64,000 nucleotides of DNA, from contig CACZNH010000007.1 in NCBI GenBank assembly GCA_902782465.1, forward strand, positions 53,687 through 117,686. Direction: 5' to 3'. This document shows positions 47,016 through 56,389 of this stretch, in pieces. Position 1 is the stretch's first letter; every line of letters starts with the position of its first letter. Source of the stretch: an uncultured Bacteroidales bacterium. Its GTDB lineage: Bacteria > Bacteroidota > Bacteroidia > Bacteroidales > Muribaculaceae. The notes beneath the pieces are model-generated. The model ran no database searches. It was not told where the DNA came from and saw only the letters and a program-made list of their open reading frames with translations. Made by a program: the position numbers and the translations under genes.

Positions 47016-49370
47016 ATGATGAGATTCAGGATATTATTGATAGCTGTGTGTTGCTTGATGTGGTCGCTGGATACCCTGGCGGTACTGAAGGAGAGCAGTA
47101 TGGACCAGACGTTGGGCGTGCTGTGCGAGGAACTGAGCGACACCCACCGTGAGCACAAGGAGATGATGCAGCGCTTTGAGCAGCGCAACAAGCAGTTTCA
47201 GCGCTCCATCGGTCGCGACCTGGAACTGTGCAACAACATCGAGTTGATGCTCTACAGCCAGAAGGAGCAGAACGTCTTTGACCTGGCATACGCCTGCGGA
47301 CAAGCCACCAGCCTGTACAACCGCTTGTCACGTACCCGCTCGTTCAAGCAGTTTGAACAGCAGCAGGACGAGAAAATAGCGCAATACGAGAAACTGATTA
47401 ATGCCTTAAACCGCATTCCTGACCACCTGCTCAAGACACAGGAGATGCGTATCACGCGCGACAGCTGCATCTATCTCGCCAAAATCATCGAGGGCGACAT
47501 CCGCAAGGCACGCGAGACGATGAAGGACAACCACGAGCAGAGACAATGGGTCGCCGAAAAGGCCAAGTCGCTGAACGACTACGCCCTGGGAATGTATGAG
47601 CGCATTCGTCAGGATGTCTTTGTCAACGGTGGACAGAACTATTTCCAGATTCTGAAACGTTTAGGTTATAACCTGACCAACAGCCGCGAAGACTTCGCCG
47701 AGAAATACACCCCTGCACGCAAGACGCGCAGCGATTGGCGAGGCGGAAACATCGGTTTCCTGTTCATCTTCATGGCAATATACATTGTCGGTGCCTTGTT
47801 GATCAGTTGGCTCATTCTGCGTTTTGCCATTCCCAGCCGTTTCATCTCTGTCAAGTTCCGCAAAAAGCGCTCATGCATCATCATCTGTGTGGCTGCAGCG
47901 GTATTCGGCATCGCCACGCTCATCATCTCAAAGGTGTTGACACACCAGAACTTCATGATAATGGCAACACAACTGCTCAGCGAGTATGCCTGGCTGATTG
48001 CTGCCATCACATTGTCCATCATCATCCGCATGGACGGTGACACGGTCAAGAGCGGTGTCAAACTATATGTTCCAGTGCTGGTGGTCGGCTTTGTGGTGTT
48101 CTTTTTCCGCATTGTGTTTATGCCCAGCACCATTGTCAATCTAGTATTCCCGGTACTGTTGCTGGTTTGCACCGTTTGGCAGTTCATCGTCAACCGGCGC
48201 CACAACGTTAACGTGCCTCGCAGCGACGTCTTCTACTCGTGGATTTCATTCATCGTCATGGCTATTTCCTGCGTTATGTCATGGATGGGATACACATTGA
48301 TGAGTGTACAGGTACTTATCTGGTGGATTATGCAGTTGACGCTCATCCAGACCATCACCGTCATCTATGACCTGTTGCACAGTTACGAGGACAAGTATAT
48401 TGCCAAGGATGCCGACATTCGCAAGACCTGGTTCTATGACGCAGTCTATAAGATGGTGATTCCCATTGCCGCAACCATCAGCGTGGCACTGTCCATCTAT
48501 TGGGCAGCACAGGTGTTTGACCTCACGCAGTGGTGTTACCACATCTTCCGCTACAAGTTCGTCAATCAGCCGGGACTCATCGTCTTGTCGCTCGAAAAAA
48601 TTCTTTTCTGCGTTGCCCTGGCGTTTGTATTCAATTATTTCATCTACTTGTGCGTCGAGGGTTATCAGTTGTGGAAAGCTTACAAGACAGGCAGCGACAA
48701 GAAGGCGGTCACCCTGTCGATGAACATCATCAAGTATATCGGCTGGGGTATCTACATTTACATCGTGCTGGTAACACTGCAGGTGAGCCGCACGGGTATC
48801 ACCTTCATCCTCACGGGTCTCTCGACCGGTATCGGTTTTGCCATGAAGGATACTCTTGAGAACCTGTTCTACGGCCTGTCGCTGATGAACGGCCGTGTCA
48901 AGATCGGCGACGTCATCGAGTGTGACGGCGTGCGCGGCAAGGTCAGCAACATCAACTATCAGAGCACGCTGGTAGAGACCATCGACGGCTCGGTCATAGC
49001 CTTCTTGAACAGTCAACTCTTTACCAAGAATTTCAAGAACATGACCCGCAACCACGGCTATGAGATGGCCAAAATTACCGTTGGTGTAGCCTACGGCAGC
49101 AAGATTGACCAGGTGCGTGAGTTGATTATAGAGCGCATCAGCCGTCTCGACTGCTATGATCCCGAAAAGGGCATACAGGTGCTGTTCCAGAACTTCGGCG
49201 AGAGCAGTGTGGATTTGCTTGTGGTCGTGTGGGTGCGTGTAAAATCACAGGTTGCCGACATCTCCCTTATCAAGGAGAACATCTACGCCGTCCTCAACGA
49301 GAACGGCATCGAAATCCCCTTCCCGCAGACCGATCTCCACATCCGCACCGCCATTCCGCCACAACAGTAA
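47016..49370 (+). CDS. MscS-family mechanosensitive channel with a large N-terminal coiled-coil/periplasmic and multi-TM extension (MscK-like)
   Basis: 784 aa with multiple TM helices. MscS core: GLSLMNGRVKIGDVIECDGVRGKVSNINYQSTLVETIDGSVIAFLNSQLF. Confidence 0.85.
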   Translation: MMRFRILLIAVCCLMWSLDTLAVLKESSMDQTLGVLCEELSDTHREHKEMMQRFEQRNKQFQRSIGRDLELCNNIELMLYSQKEQNVFDLAYACGQATSLYNRLSRTRSFKQFEQQQDEKIAQYEKLINALNRIPDHLLKTQEMRITRDSCIYLAKIIEGDIRKARETMKDNHEQRQWVAEKAKSLNDYALGMYERIRQDVFVNGGQNYFQILKRLGYNLTNSREDFAEKYTPARKTRSDWRGGNIGFLFIFMAIYIVGALLISWLILRFAIPSRFISVKFRKKRSCIIICVAAAVFGIATLIISKVLTHQNFMIMATQLLSEYAWLIAAITLSIIIRMDGDTVKSGVKLYVPVLVVGFVVFFFRIVFMPSTIVNLVFPVLLLVCTVWQFIVNRRHNVNVPRSDVFYSWISFIVMAISCVMSWMGYTLMSVQVLIWWIMQLTLIQTITVIYDLLHSYEDKYIAKDADIRKTWFYDAVYKMVIPIAATISVALSIYWAAQVFDLTQWCYHIFRYKFVNQPGLIVLSLEKILFCVALAFVFNYFIYLCVEGYQLWKAYKTGSDKKAVTLSMNIIKYIGWGIYIYIVLVTLQVSRTGITFILTGLSTGIGFAMKDTLENLFYGLSLMNGRVKIGDVIECDGVRGKVSNINYQSTLVETIDGSVIAFLNSQLFTKNFKNMTRNHGYEMAKITVGVAYGSKIDQVRELIIERISRLDCYDPEKGIQVLFQNFGESSVDLLVVVWVRVKSQVADISLIKENIYAVLNENGIEIPFPQTDLHIRTAIPPQQ

Positions 49371-49375
49371 TCAAA

Positions 49376-49444
49376 CTACGAATTACGCGAATTAGACTAA
49401 TCCTGCTTCCGCATTCAATGAGTACGAATTCGCGTAATTCGTAG
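49376..49444. repeat. Copy 1 of the CTACGAATTACGCGAATT palindromic repeat family (terminator-like)
   Basis: ctacgaattacgcgaatt (49376-49393) is the exact inverted repeat of aattcgcgtaattcgtag (49427-49444). It begins 6 nt after the mscS-like stop. Confidence 0.85.
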
Positions 49445-49554
49445 CTTTTAATGTCATTCATGAGATTTAATGGGAATCTCTTGGTTATATCTAATTTTTA
49501 GACGATATTTGCAGGTGATAATTCTGATAACATCAATCCTAAAGATATTTCAAG

Positions 49555-50151
49555 ATGAAAAAGTTATTGATAGGCATTGTGTTTCTGCTTAGTGCATTAA
49601 CACCAGTGCAAGCTCAGGAAACTATTGGCCTAGAAGAAACCAGTTACGAAACGAGCAACGTCATCAAAGTGAATTTCGGCCCTGGTCTAGTGTATTCAGA
49701 TATCTATGATTATGACTTTTCTAAAGCCATACGTCACAAGACCTCGCTCTCGCTTGACCTTTCGTTAGATTATGCCCACACCTTCAAGAGCGGACTTGGT
49801 TTTGGGCTGAACTTCATCCAATCCCATCTAAATGCCATTGGCAGCAATGATTTTTATGCTGGTGCCAGTTTGTATTATGGTTATCTGCTCAAGAACCGCT
49901 GGTATTTTGATATTTCAATGGGTGCGGGATATGCAAGAAACGACTATGGCGAGTATAAGAACGGCTTTGGATTGTTTGAGCAGATAGGTGCCCACTACAA
50001 GTTTACCAAGCATTGGGGCGTGGGTGCAGAAATTCGTTTGCTCAATTGCTTCTACAAGCAGCCTAACGGTTGGGAAGAAATCGTTGGCAAGGATACAAGT
50101 TTCGGCACTAAACGCGCCGCTTTGACGCTGGGAGCGCAATACTACTTCTAA
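49555..50151 (+). CDS. Small outer-membrane beta-barrel protein
   Basis: Signal peptide ending PVQAQE, an alternating-hydrophobic pattern, aromatic-rich, C-terminal ...LGAQYYF. Confidence 0.7.
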   Translation: MKKLLIGIVFLLSALTPVQAQETIGLEETSYETSNVIKVNFGPGLVYSDIYDYDFSKAIRHKTSLSLDLSLDYAHTFKSGLGFGLNFIQSHLNAIGSNDFYAGASLYYGYLLKNRWYFDISMGAGYARNDYGEYKNGFGLFEQIGAHYKFTKHWGVGAEIRLLNCFYKQPNGWEEIVGKDTSFGTKRAALTLGAQYYF

Positions 50152-50176
50152 ACGCTGACCGCAACAATAATTAAAC

Positions 50177-50244
50177 TACGAATTACGCTAATTAAACTAA
50201 TTTGGCATCCGCATTCAATTAGTACGAATTAGCGTAATTCGTAG
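50177..50244. repeat. Copy 2 of the palindromic repeat family
   Basis: ctacgaattacgctaatt (50177-50194) faces aattagcgtaattcgtag (50227-50244). The loop (..ccgcattcaat.agtacg) is shared with copy 1. Confidence 0.85.
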
Positions 50245-50372
50245 TTTATTAGTTTTTTGCCAGGGTGTTGCATGAATAATAAATAATGGTTATATTTGCA
50301 GCAATAATGAGAAATATTCTCCTATTACCAGAATCATCAATAAAACTCAATAACATCTAAAGACAACCGACT

Positions 50373-53282
50373 ATGAAACAAATTCAACTCAAGTCATTAT
50401 TATTGCTGTTCCTTGCACTATTGATGCCCGCTACAGCATCCGCTTATGGCATAGAGGTAGATGGAATTTACTATGACATAGACGACTATAACTATCAGGC
50501 TACTGTCTGTGGTCTTGTCTATGGATCATCCCATTCAAGTAGCCTTTCCATTCCTGAAACAGTGATTTGGAAAGATAAGACCTACGCAGTTACCGCAATT
50601 GAAAGTAGCGCGTTCCGTTATAGCAGTATGACCAGCATCACCATTCCCAACACTGTCAGTTATATCGGAGAAGAGGCGTTTGAATATTGCGAGAACCTAA
50701 CCAGTATCTCTCTACCCAACGCTATCACCGAAATCACTGCCCGCTTGTTCTATGGATGCAAGAGCCTGAATAATGTCACTATCCCCGAATCCGTCACAGA
50801 GATTCATGAAGAAGCCTTCCTGGATTGTGAGAACTTGACTGATATCGTAATTCCCAATTCGGTTTACATGATTCATTCTTATGCTTTGGACGGAACTGGT
50901 TGGTACAACAATCAACCTGATGGCGTGGTTTATGCCGGTCTTGTGGCTTATGAATACAAGGGAGTTATGAAAAGTGGTACTGTTATTACCATTAAAGATG
51001 GTACTCTTGGCATTGCTGACATTGCATTCAAAGATTGCTATAATCTGAAATCAATAAATCTTCCCAATTCCATAATAATCATCGGTGACGATGCTTTTAA
51101 TAGTTGCAATACCATGAAATCCATAACCATCCCCGGCTCAGTCACAACAATTGGTTGTAGGGCTTTCAGTGGTAGTTATCTTTCTTATAGTCTTGAAATT
51201 CCCAATTCAGTCACTGAAATTGGCGAGTATGCTTTCAGTAGTACCAATATATCTAGTGTCACCATCCCCGAGTCAATCACTGTTATCAGTGATGGATTAT
51301 TCGCATATTGCGGCAAATTGAAGAATATCGTTATTCCTAACTCAGTAACTAGAATAGGTGACTCTGCACTTTCAGGATGCACTGGATTAATCAATATTTC
51401 CCTTCCCAATTCAATCATTGAAATTGGGAATGATGCATTTTCATACTGCACTGGATTAACCAATATCATCCTCCCTAACTCGGTCACTCTAATAGGTAAT
51501 GATGCATTTTCATACTGCACTGGATTAACCAATATCATCCTCCCTAACTCGGTCACTGAAATTGGTGTATCTGCTTTTTATGACTGCAGCAACCTGGCAA
51601 GCGTTTCTATTGGCAGCGGTGTCAACCAAATTGATTATCATGCGTTCGATAATTGCAATAATTTGTCCAGTGTTACCAGCCTTGCGACAACACCACCAAA
51701 TTATTACGGTCATGCGTTCCGTTATATTTTTTCTGAAACTGTTTACATCAAAGCCACATTATATGTTCCTGCAGGCTCGATAAATGCCTATCAGGAAACC
51801 TTTGATTGGAAGGATTTTAGAAAAATCCATGAAATTGATTTTAACTCTCAAGTCATCAATTTTGCTGATGACAATGTCAAAGCCCTTTGCGTTCAATATT
51901 GGGACAATGATGGGGATGGGGAGTTAAATTTTGAGGAAGCATCAACGATTTCCGATTTGGGTATTGTTTTCAAAAATAATAGTACTATCACCACATTTGA
52001 TGAGTTACAGTACTTCACGGGACTTTCAAGTATTGGAAATGGCGCTTTCGATAATTGCAGTTCGCTATCCAGCATAAAACTTCCCATTTCGATAACGTCA
52101 ATCGATGATTTGGCTTTCAGTAACTGTATCCAGTTGACCAACATCGACATCCCCGATTCGGTCACCTTGATTGGAAAGTCAGTTTTCTACGGGTGCAGTG
52201 GTTTGACCAGCGTTACCTTTCCCAACTCCCTTACTATAATCGGCGATGGAGCTTTCTCGAGTTGTAAAAATCTGACCAGCATCGACATTCCCAATTCGGT
52301 AACCTCGATTGGGAAGTCAGTTTTCAGCGGGTGCAGTGGTTTGGTCAGCATTTCCCTTCCCAACTCCATTACTACAATCAACGAGGGTACATTTTTGGGG
52401 TGTAAAAATCTGACCAGTATCGACATTCCCAATTCGGTCACATCAATTGGGAAGTCAGCTTTCAGCGGGTGCAGTGGTTTGACCAGCATCACCATCCCCA
52501 ATTCTGTCACTTCGATTGGGAAGTCAGTTTTCAGCGGGTGCAGTGGTTTGGTCAGCGTTTCCATTCCCAACTCTATTTCTACAATCAGCGAGGGGGCTTT
52601 CTCTGGTTGTAAAAATTTGACCAGCATTACTATTCCCAACTCAGTAACTAAGATAGAGGTTTCGGCATTCAATAACTGCACTGGACTGACTAAGGTCAAT
52701 ATTAAAGATTTAGAGGCTTGGTGCAGAATCACATTCGATGATTCATCTGAATCAAATCCCCTGAGATATGCACGACATCTGTTCTTGAATGATGTGGAAA
52801 TAACCAACCTGGTGATTCCTAAATCAATCACGACAATAAAAAGTTGGGCTTTTTATGCTTGTAGTGGTTTAAGTAGTGTTACTATTCACAAAGATGTCAC
52901 CTCAATCGAGGACAAGGCTTTTTTGAGCTGTACTGGTTTGACCAGCGTCACTTGCCATGCTGTCACACCGCCCAGTGTTGGCGGCACCAGTGTGTTCACG
53001 ACGTCCATCATCAAGAATGCTACGTTATATGTACCAGGCGAATCGGTTGAAGTGTATAGTTCAAAGATTCCATGGAGAGATTTCGGCAGCATTGTCGGTA
53101 TTGATGAAGTTGAAGAACTAACTGGCGACACCAACAGTGATGGCGTGGTGAACATCGCCGATTTAAACATAATAATAGATATTATTTTAGGTGGAGGAAA
53201 CAATGCAGCTGCCGACATAAATGGTGATGGTGTGGTGAACATCTCCGACATAAATGCTATCATCAACATCATTTTAAAATAA
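50373..53282 (+). CDS. BspA-like leucine-rich-repeat surface protein with a C-terminal dockerin-like module
   Basis: Signal peptide. There are more than 25 copies of a ~23-aa LRR unit (IPNSVT.IG..AF..C..L..I). The last 52 aa are GDTNSDGVVNIADLNIIIDIIL...DINGDGVVNISDINAIINIILK. Confidence 0.85.
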   Translation: MKQIQLKSLLLLFLALLMPATASAYGIEVDGIYYDIDDYNYQATVCGLVYGSSHSSSLSIPETVIWKDKTYAVTAIESSAFRYSSMTSITIPNTVSYIGEEAFEYCENLTSISLPNAITEITARLFYGCKSLNNVTIPESVTEIHEEAFLDCENLTDIVIPNSVYMIHSYALDGTGWYNNQPDGVVYAGLVAYEYKGVMKSGTVITIKDGTLGIADIAFKDCYNLKSINLPNSIIIIGDDAFNSCNTMKSITIPGSVTTIGCRAFSGSYLSYSLEIPNSVTEIGEYAFSSTNISSVTIPESITVISDGLFAYCGKLKNIVIPNSVTRIGDSALSGCTGLINISLPNSIIEIGNDAFSYCTGLTNIILPNSVTLIGNDAFSYCTGLTNIILPNSVTEIGVSAFYDCSNLASVSIGSGVNQIDYHAFDNCNNLSSVTSLATTPPNYYGHAFRYIFSETVYIKATLYVPAGSINAYQETFDWKDFRKIHEIDFNSQVINFADDNVKALCVQYWDNDGDGELNFEEASTISDLGIVFKNNSTITTFDELQYFTGLSSIGNGAFDNCSSLSSIKLPISITSIDDLAFSNCIQLTNIDIPDSVTLIGKSVFYGCSGLTSVTFPNSLTIIGDGAFSSCKNLTSIDIPNSVTSIGKSVFSGCSGLVSISLPNSITTINEGTFLGCKNLTSIDIPNSVTSIGKSAFSGCSGLTSITIPNSVTSIGKSVFSGCSGLVSVSIPNSISTISEGAFSGCKNLTSITIPNSVTKIEVSAFNNCTGLTKVNIKDLEAWCRITFDDSSESNPLRYARHLFLNDVEITNLVIPKSITTIKSWAFYACSGLSSVTIHKDVTSIEDKAFLSCTGLTSVTCHAVTPPSVGGTSVFTTSIIKNATLYVPGESVEVYSSKIPWRDFGSIVGIDEVEELTGDTNSDGVVNIADLNIIIDIILGGGNNAAADINGDGVVNISDINAIINIILK

Positions 53283-53304
53283 ACATTAAGGACATATCTG
53301 ATTG

Positions 53305-53345
53305 ACACTGGCAACTTCTTGTTATCAAGTTGCCAGTGTTTTTTG
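53305..53345 (+). terminator. Intrinsic terminator
   Basis: Perfect 13-bp stem, acactggcaactt / aagttgccagtgt, followed by tttttt. Confidence 0.7.
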
Positions 53346-53384
53346 AAAATTACAATATCAGTAATTTAAAATGTATTATATAAC

Positions 53385-54152
53385 CTAACGATAGAAGGTA
53401 ATCCAGTTGGTGCAGTAGCGGGATTTGTCGGCCTTGGGGTGAATTTCTATGACTTGTCCCTTGCCGTCACGCCACCAGGAGTGGTTCCAGCCGGCTCCCA
53501 TGTCCAGGTAGAGGGCATGACGCGGTGCTAATTTTTCAAGCATCGCCACAAAATCGTCATATTCCACCTCGCTGCGGCTATCGACAATGCACAGGCTACC
53601 GTCCTTCTCACACAAGGCACGGTACTGGTGTTCACCGTCGCGCCACAGGGGCCTGATGGTCTCTCCGTTATAGATGATGATGGCTTGACCGAAGCCCATG
53701 CCGCCTGCCTCAGCCACGCTGTCGAGCAATTCACCATACTCGCCGTGGACAAATTCCCATGTGGTGTCGCTGAACCACGCAAAGGCACCGCTGTTATCAA
53801 GACAATCGGCACCCGTGTAGCGCTTGCCGCCGCTCACGTGGTCACCGTCGATGTTGCTGTGGGAAAACTCATCCAGCAACTCGTGGGTGAAGGCCGCCTC
53901 GGCACAAAAGATGACACTGGTATCGCGCTTGGCGGGCATCTTGCCGCAAACCAGGTCGATGCGGCTGAATAGGGGATAATAGACGCGTAATCCGGCAACA
54001 GTAGTGTCGTCGATTTCAACGGGAGAGCCTTGCATAACGGGAATGGGCATTTTTGTTCGGTTTTTATTGATGGCTTGTTGAGGTGTCCTGGTGCAGCAGC
54101 ACAGTAATCCTATTGCCAGCAATGGAATGATATATTGGAGTAATGATTTCAT
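53385..54152 (-). CDS. Lipoprotein, possibly phosphodiester-glycosidase (DUF2233/NAGPA-like) family
   Basis: Start preferred at MKSLLQYIIPLLAIGLLCCC. The C-terminal region ...ALYLDMGAGWNHSWWRD... resembles the LDGGGS-type segment of that family. This is a weak assignment made from memory. Confidence 0.5.
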   Translation of the reverse strand: MKSLLQYIIPLLAIGLLCCCTRTPQQAINKNRTKMPIPVMQGSPVEIDDTTVAGLRVYYPLFSRIDLVCGKMPAKRDTSVIFCAEAAFTHELLDEFSHSNIDGDHVSGGKRYTGADCLDNSGAFAWFSDTTWEFVHGEYGELLDSVAEAGGMGFGQAIIIYNGETIRPLWRDGEHQYRALCEKDGSLCIVDSRSEVEYDDFVAMLEKLAPRHALYLDMGAGWNHSWWRDGKGQVIEIHPKADKSRYCTNWITFYR

Positions 54153-54471
54153 TTTCAATATAGTTTGGTTATTGTTAACTGTTCCTGTTGATACAATTAT
54201 GATAAACACACCACAAAAATAATACAATATGCCGAAACAATGCCGTACATTTGCCGTGAATTATATCTCCATTGATGATGACCTTGTCAATAAGGCTGTC
54301 AATTGTTGTTGAAAACTATTTGAAAAAAATCAATAAAAAATGCTTGACAAATTCAAATTGATTTTGCTTATCAATCTTTTTGAAGCCGCCAAAAAAGTTA
54401 GCACAAAAATTTTATTGGTCTTTATACATGGTTTTCATCAAGATTTGTGGGAAAAATTCATAGGAAATTAT

Positions 54472-54479
54472 TAACTTTG
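54472..54479 (+). promoter_or_regulatory. Candidate -7 promoter box TAACTTTG far upstream of nadA
   Basis: Fits TAnnTTTG and would give a leader of roughly 255 nt before ATG 54744. Confidence 0.3.
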
Positions 54480-54743
54480 CAGGTTGTTTACACCCTGTTA
54501 ATAAAGTGGCTTTATTAGGCTTTAGGTGTTAGGCTTTAGGCTTTATAAATAGGATGTTATGCAGCCAAACTGAGCACTAATGGGCTTGTCAATAAAATAT
54601 CAATAACCTGAAAATGGTGTTGATATCACTCTAACGGGTTTTATGGACCAAAAAGTTTTCAACACAATTGACAGGCATTATAGTTGTAGTTAAATTTAAA
54701 TTTTTGAAAAATTAAAAAACTAAAAAACTAAAAAATATATATT

Positions 54744-55730
54744 ATGAATGTCGAAAAAGGATATGTCGATGAACCCATCGAGGAGGGTATCGACCTGCGT
54801 GAAGAAATCTTGCGCCTGAAGAAGGAGCGCAATGCCGTCATCATGGCACACTATTACCAGCGTGAGGAAATCCAGCAGCTGGCCGACTATATTGGCGACA
54901 GTCTGGCTCTGGCTCAGCTGGCTGCAAAGACCGATGCGCCGGTTATTGTGCTGTGTGGTGTTCACTTCATGGGCGAGACGGCCAAGATTCTGTGTCCCGA
55001 CAAGACGGTTATTGTGCCCGACCTGAGTGCCGGTTGTTCGCTGGCCGACAGTTGCCCTGCCGACAAATTTGAAGAATTTGTCAAGGAGCATCCCGATCAC
55101 ACTGTTATCAGCTATGTCAACACCAGCGCTGCCGTCAAGGCAGTGACCGACGTGGTGGTGACTTCGGGCAATGCCAAGGAGATTGTTGGCAGTCTGCCTC
55201 AGGACGAGAAAATCATCTTCGGTCCCGACCGTAACCTGGGCAACTACATCAACAGCATCACGGGACGAGAGATGCTGCTGTGGGATGGTGCTTGCCATGT
55301 GCATGAGAAATTCAGCGTGGCCGCCATAGCCGACCTCAAACGCGAGCATCCCGATGCCAAGGTGCTGGTTCACCCCGAGTGCCCCAAGCCCGTGCGCATC
55401 ATGGCCGACAAGGTAGGTTCGACAGCGGCATTGCTCAATTATGCCGTTGACAGCGACAGTGAGGAGTTCATCGTCTGCACCGAGAGCGGCATCCTGATTG
55501 AGATGCAGCGCCGTTGCCCTGACAAAACCTTCATTCCCGCACCTCCCGAAGACGGCACCTGCGCCTGCAACGAGTGCGAGTATATGAAGCTCATAACGCT
55601 CGAGAAATTGTATAATTCGCTCAAGTTCATGGCACCCCAGATTGAGGTGGCTCCCGAAATTGCCGAGCACGCCGTGAAACCCATCCAGCGCATGCTTGAC
55701 ATCTCCCGTGAACTGGGCATCATCAAGTAA
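54744..55730 (+). CDS. nadA: Quinolinate synthase
   Basis: 328 aa, family-typical throughout ([44 protein letters not shown]). Confidence 0.92.
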   Translation: MNVEKGYVDEPIEEGIDLREEILRLKKERNAVIMAHYYQREEIQQLADYIGDSLALAQLAAKTDAPVIVLCGVHFMGETAKILCPDKTVIVPDLSAGCSLADSCPADKFEEFVKEHPDHTVISYVNTSAAVKAVTDVVVTSGNAKEIVGSLPQDEKIIFGPDRNLGNYINSITGREMLLWDGACHVHEKFSVAAIADLKREHPDAKVLVHPECPKPVRIMADKVGSTAALLNYAVDSDSEEFIVCTESGILIEMQRRCPDKTFIPAPPEDGTCACNECEYMKLITLEKLYNSLKFMAPQIEVAPEIAEHAVKPIQRMLDISRELGIIK

Positions 55731-55735
55731 TCATT

Positions 55736-56338
55736 ATGAAAAAGACTATTTTATCGCTATTCATCATATTTAATGTATTGAACATTATGGCACAGAATGT
55801 ATATGACTTCACTGTGAAGGATCGTCGTGGCAACGACGTGTCATTAACCGAATATAAGGGCAAGGTGCTGCTGATTGTCAACACCGCCACCCGCTGCGGT
55901 TTCACCCCGCAATACGAGGAATTGGAGGCACTATATAAGAATTATAAGGAGCAGGGTCTGGAAATACTTGATTTTCCCTGCAACCAGTTCGGTCAGCAGG
56001 CTCCAGGTACCGAGGAGGAAATCCATCAGTTCTGTACACTGAATTTCGGTACGGAATTTCCCCAGTTCAAGAAAATCGAGGTCAACGGCGAGAACGAGTC
56101 GCCGCTGTTCACGTTCCTGAAGGCGCAGCGCGGTTTCCAGGGCTTTGACCTTGACCACAAAATCGGCGCTCTGCTGAATGACATGCTATTGAAGGCCGAC
56201 CCCGACTATGCCAGCAAGCCCGACATCAAGTGGAACTTCACCAAGTTCCTCATTGACCGTGAGGGCAACGTCGTGGAGCGCTATGAACCCACCACCGACT
56301 GCAAAGTCATCGAGGAAGACATCAAAAAATTACTTTAA
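55736..56338 (+). CDS. Glutathione peroxidase (signal-peptide bearing, Cys-type)
   Basis: Motifs [24 protein letters not shown] and [10 protein letters not shown]. Confidence 0.9.
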   Translation: MKKTILSLFIIFNVLNIMAQNVYDFTVKDRRGNDVSLTEYKGKVLLIVNTATRCGFTPQYEELEALYKNYKEQGLEILDFPCNQFGQQAPGTEEEIHQFCTLNFGTEFPQFKKIEVNGENESPLFTFLKAQRGFQGFDLDHKIGALLNDMLLKADPDYASKPDIKWNFTKFLIDREGNVVERYEPTTDCKVIEEDIKKLL

Positions 56339-56389
56339 TTCAACTATAAACTAATAGCTAAATTATAATAGCTAAAAGCTTAATAAATA

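Noticed and set aside
51300-52700. Regular ~69-bp periodic repeats that could be mistaken for a CRISPR array.
   Set aside because: They lie entirely within a continuous 969-aa ORF and encode 23-residue leucine-rich repeats. The 'spacers' are also conserved, and there are no cas genes.
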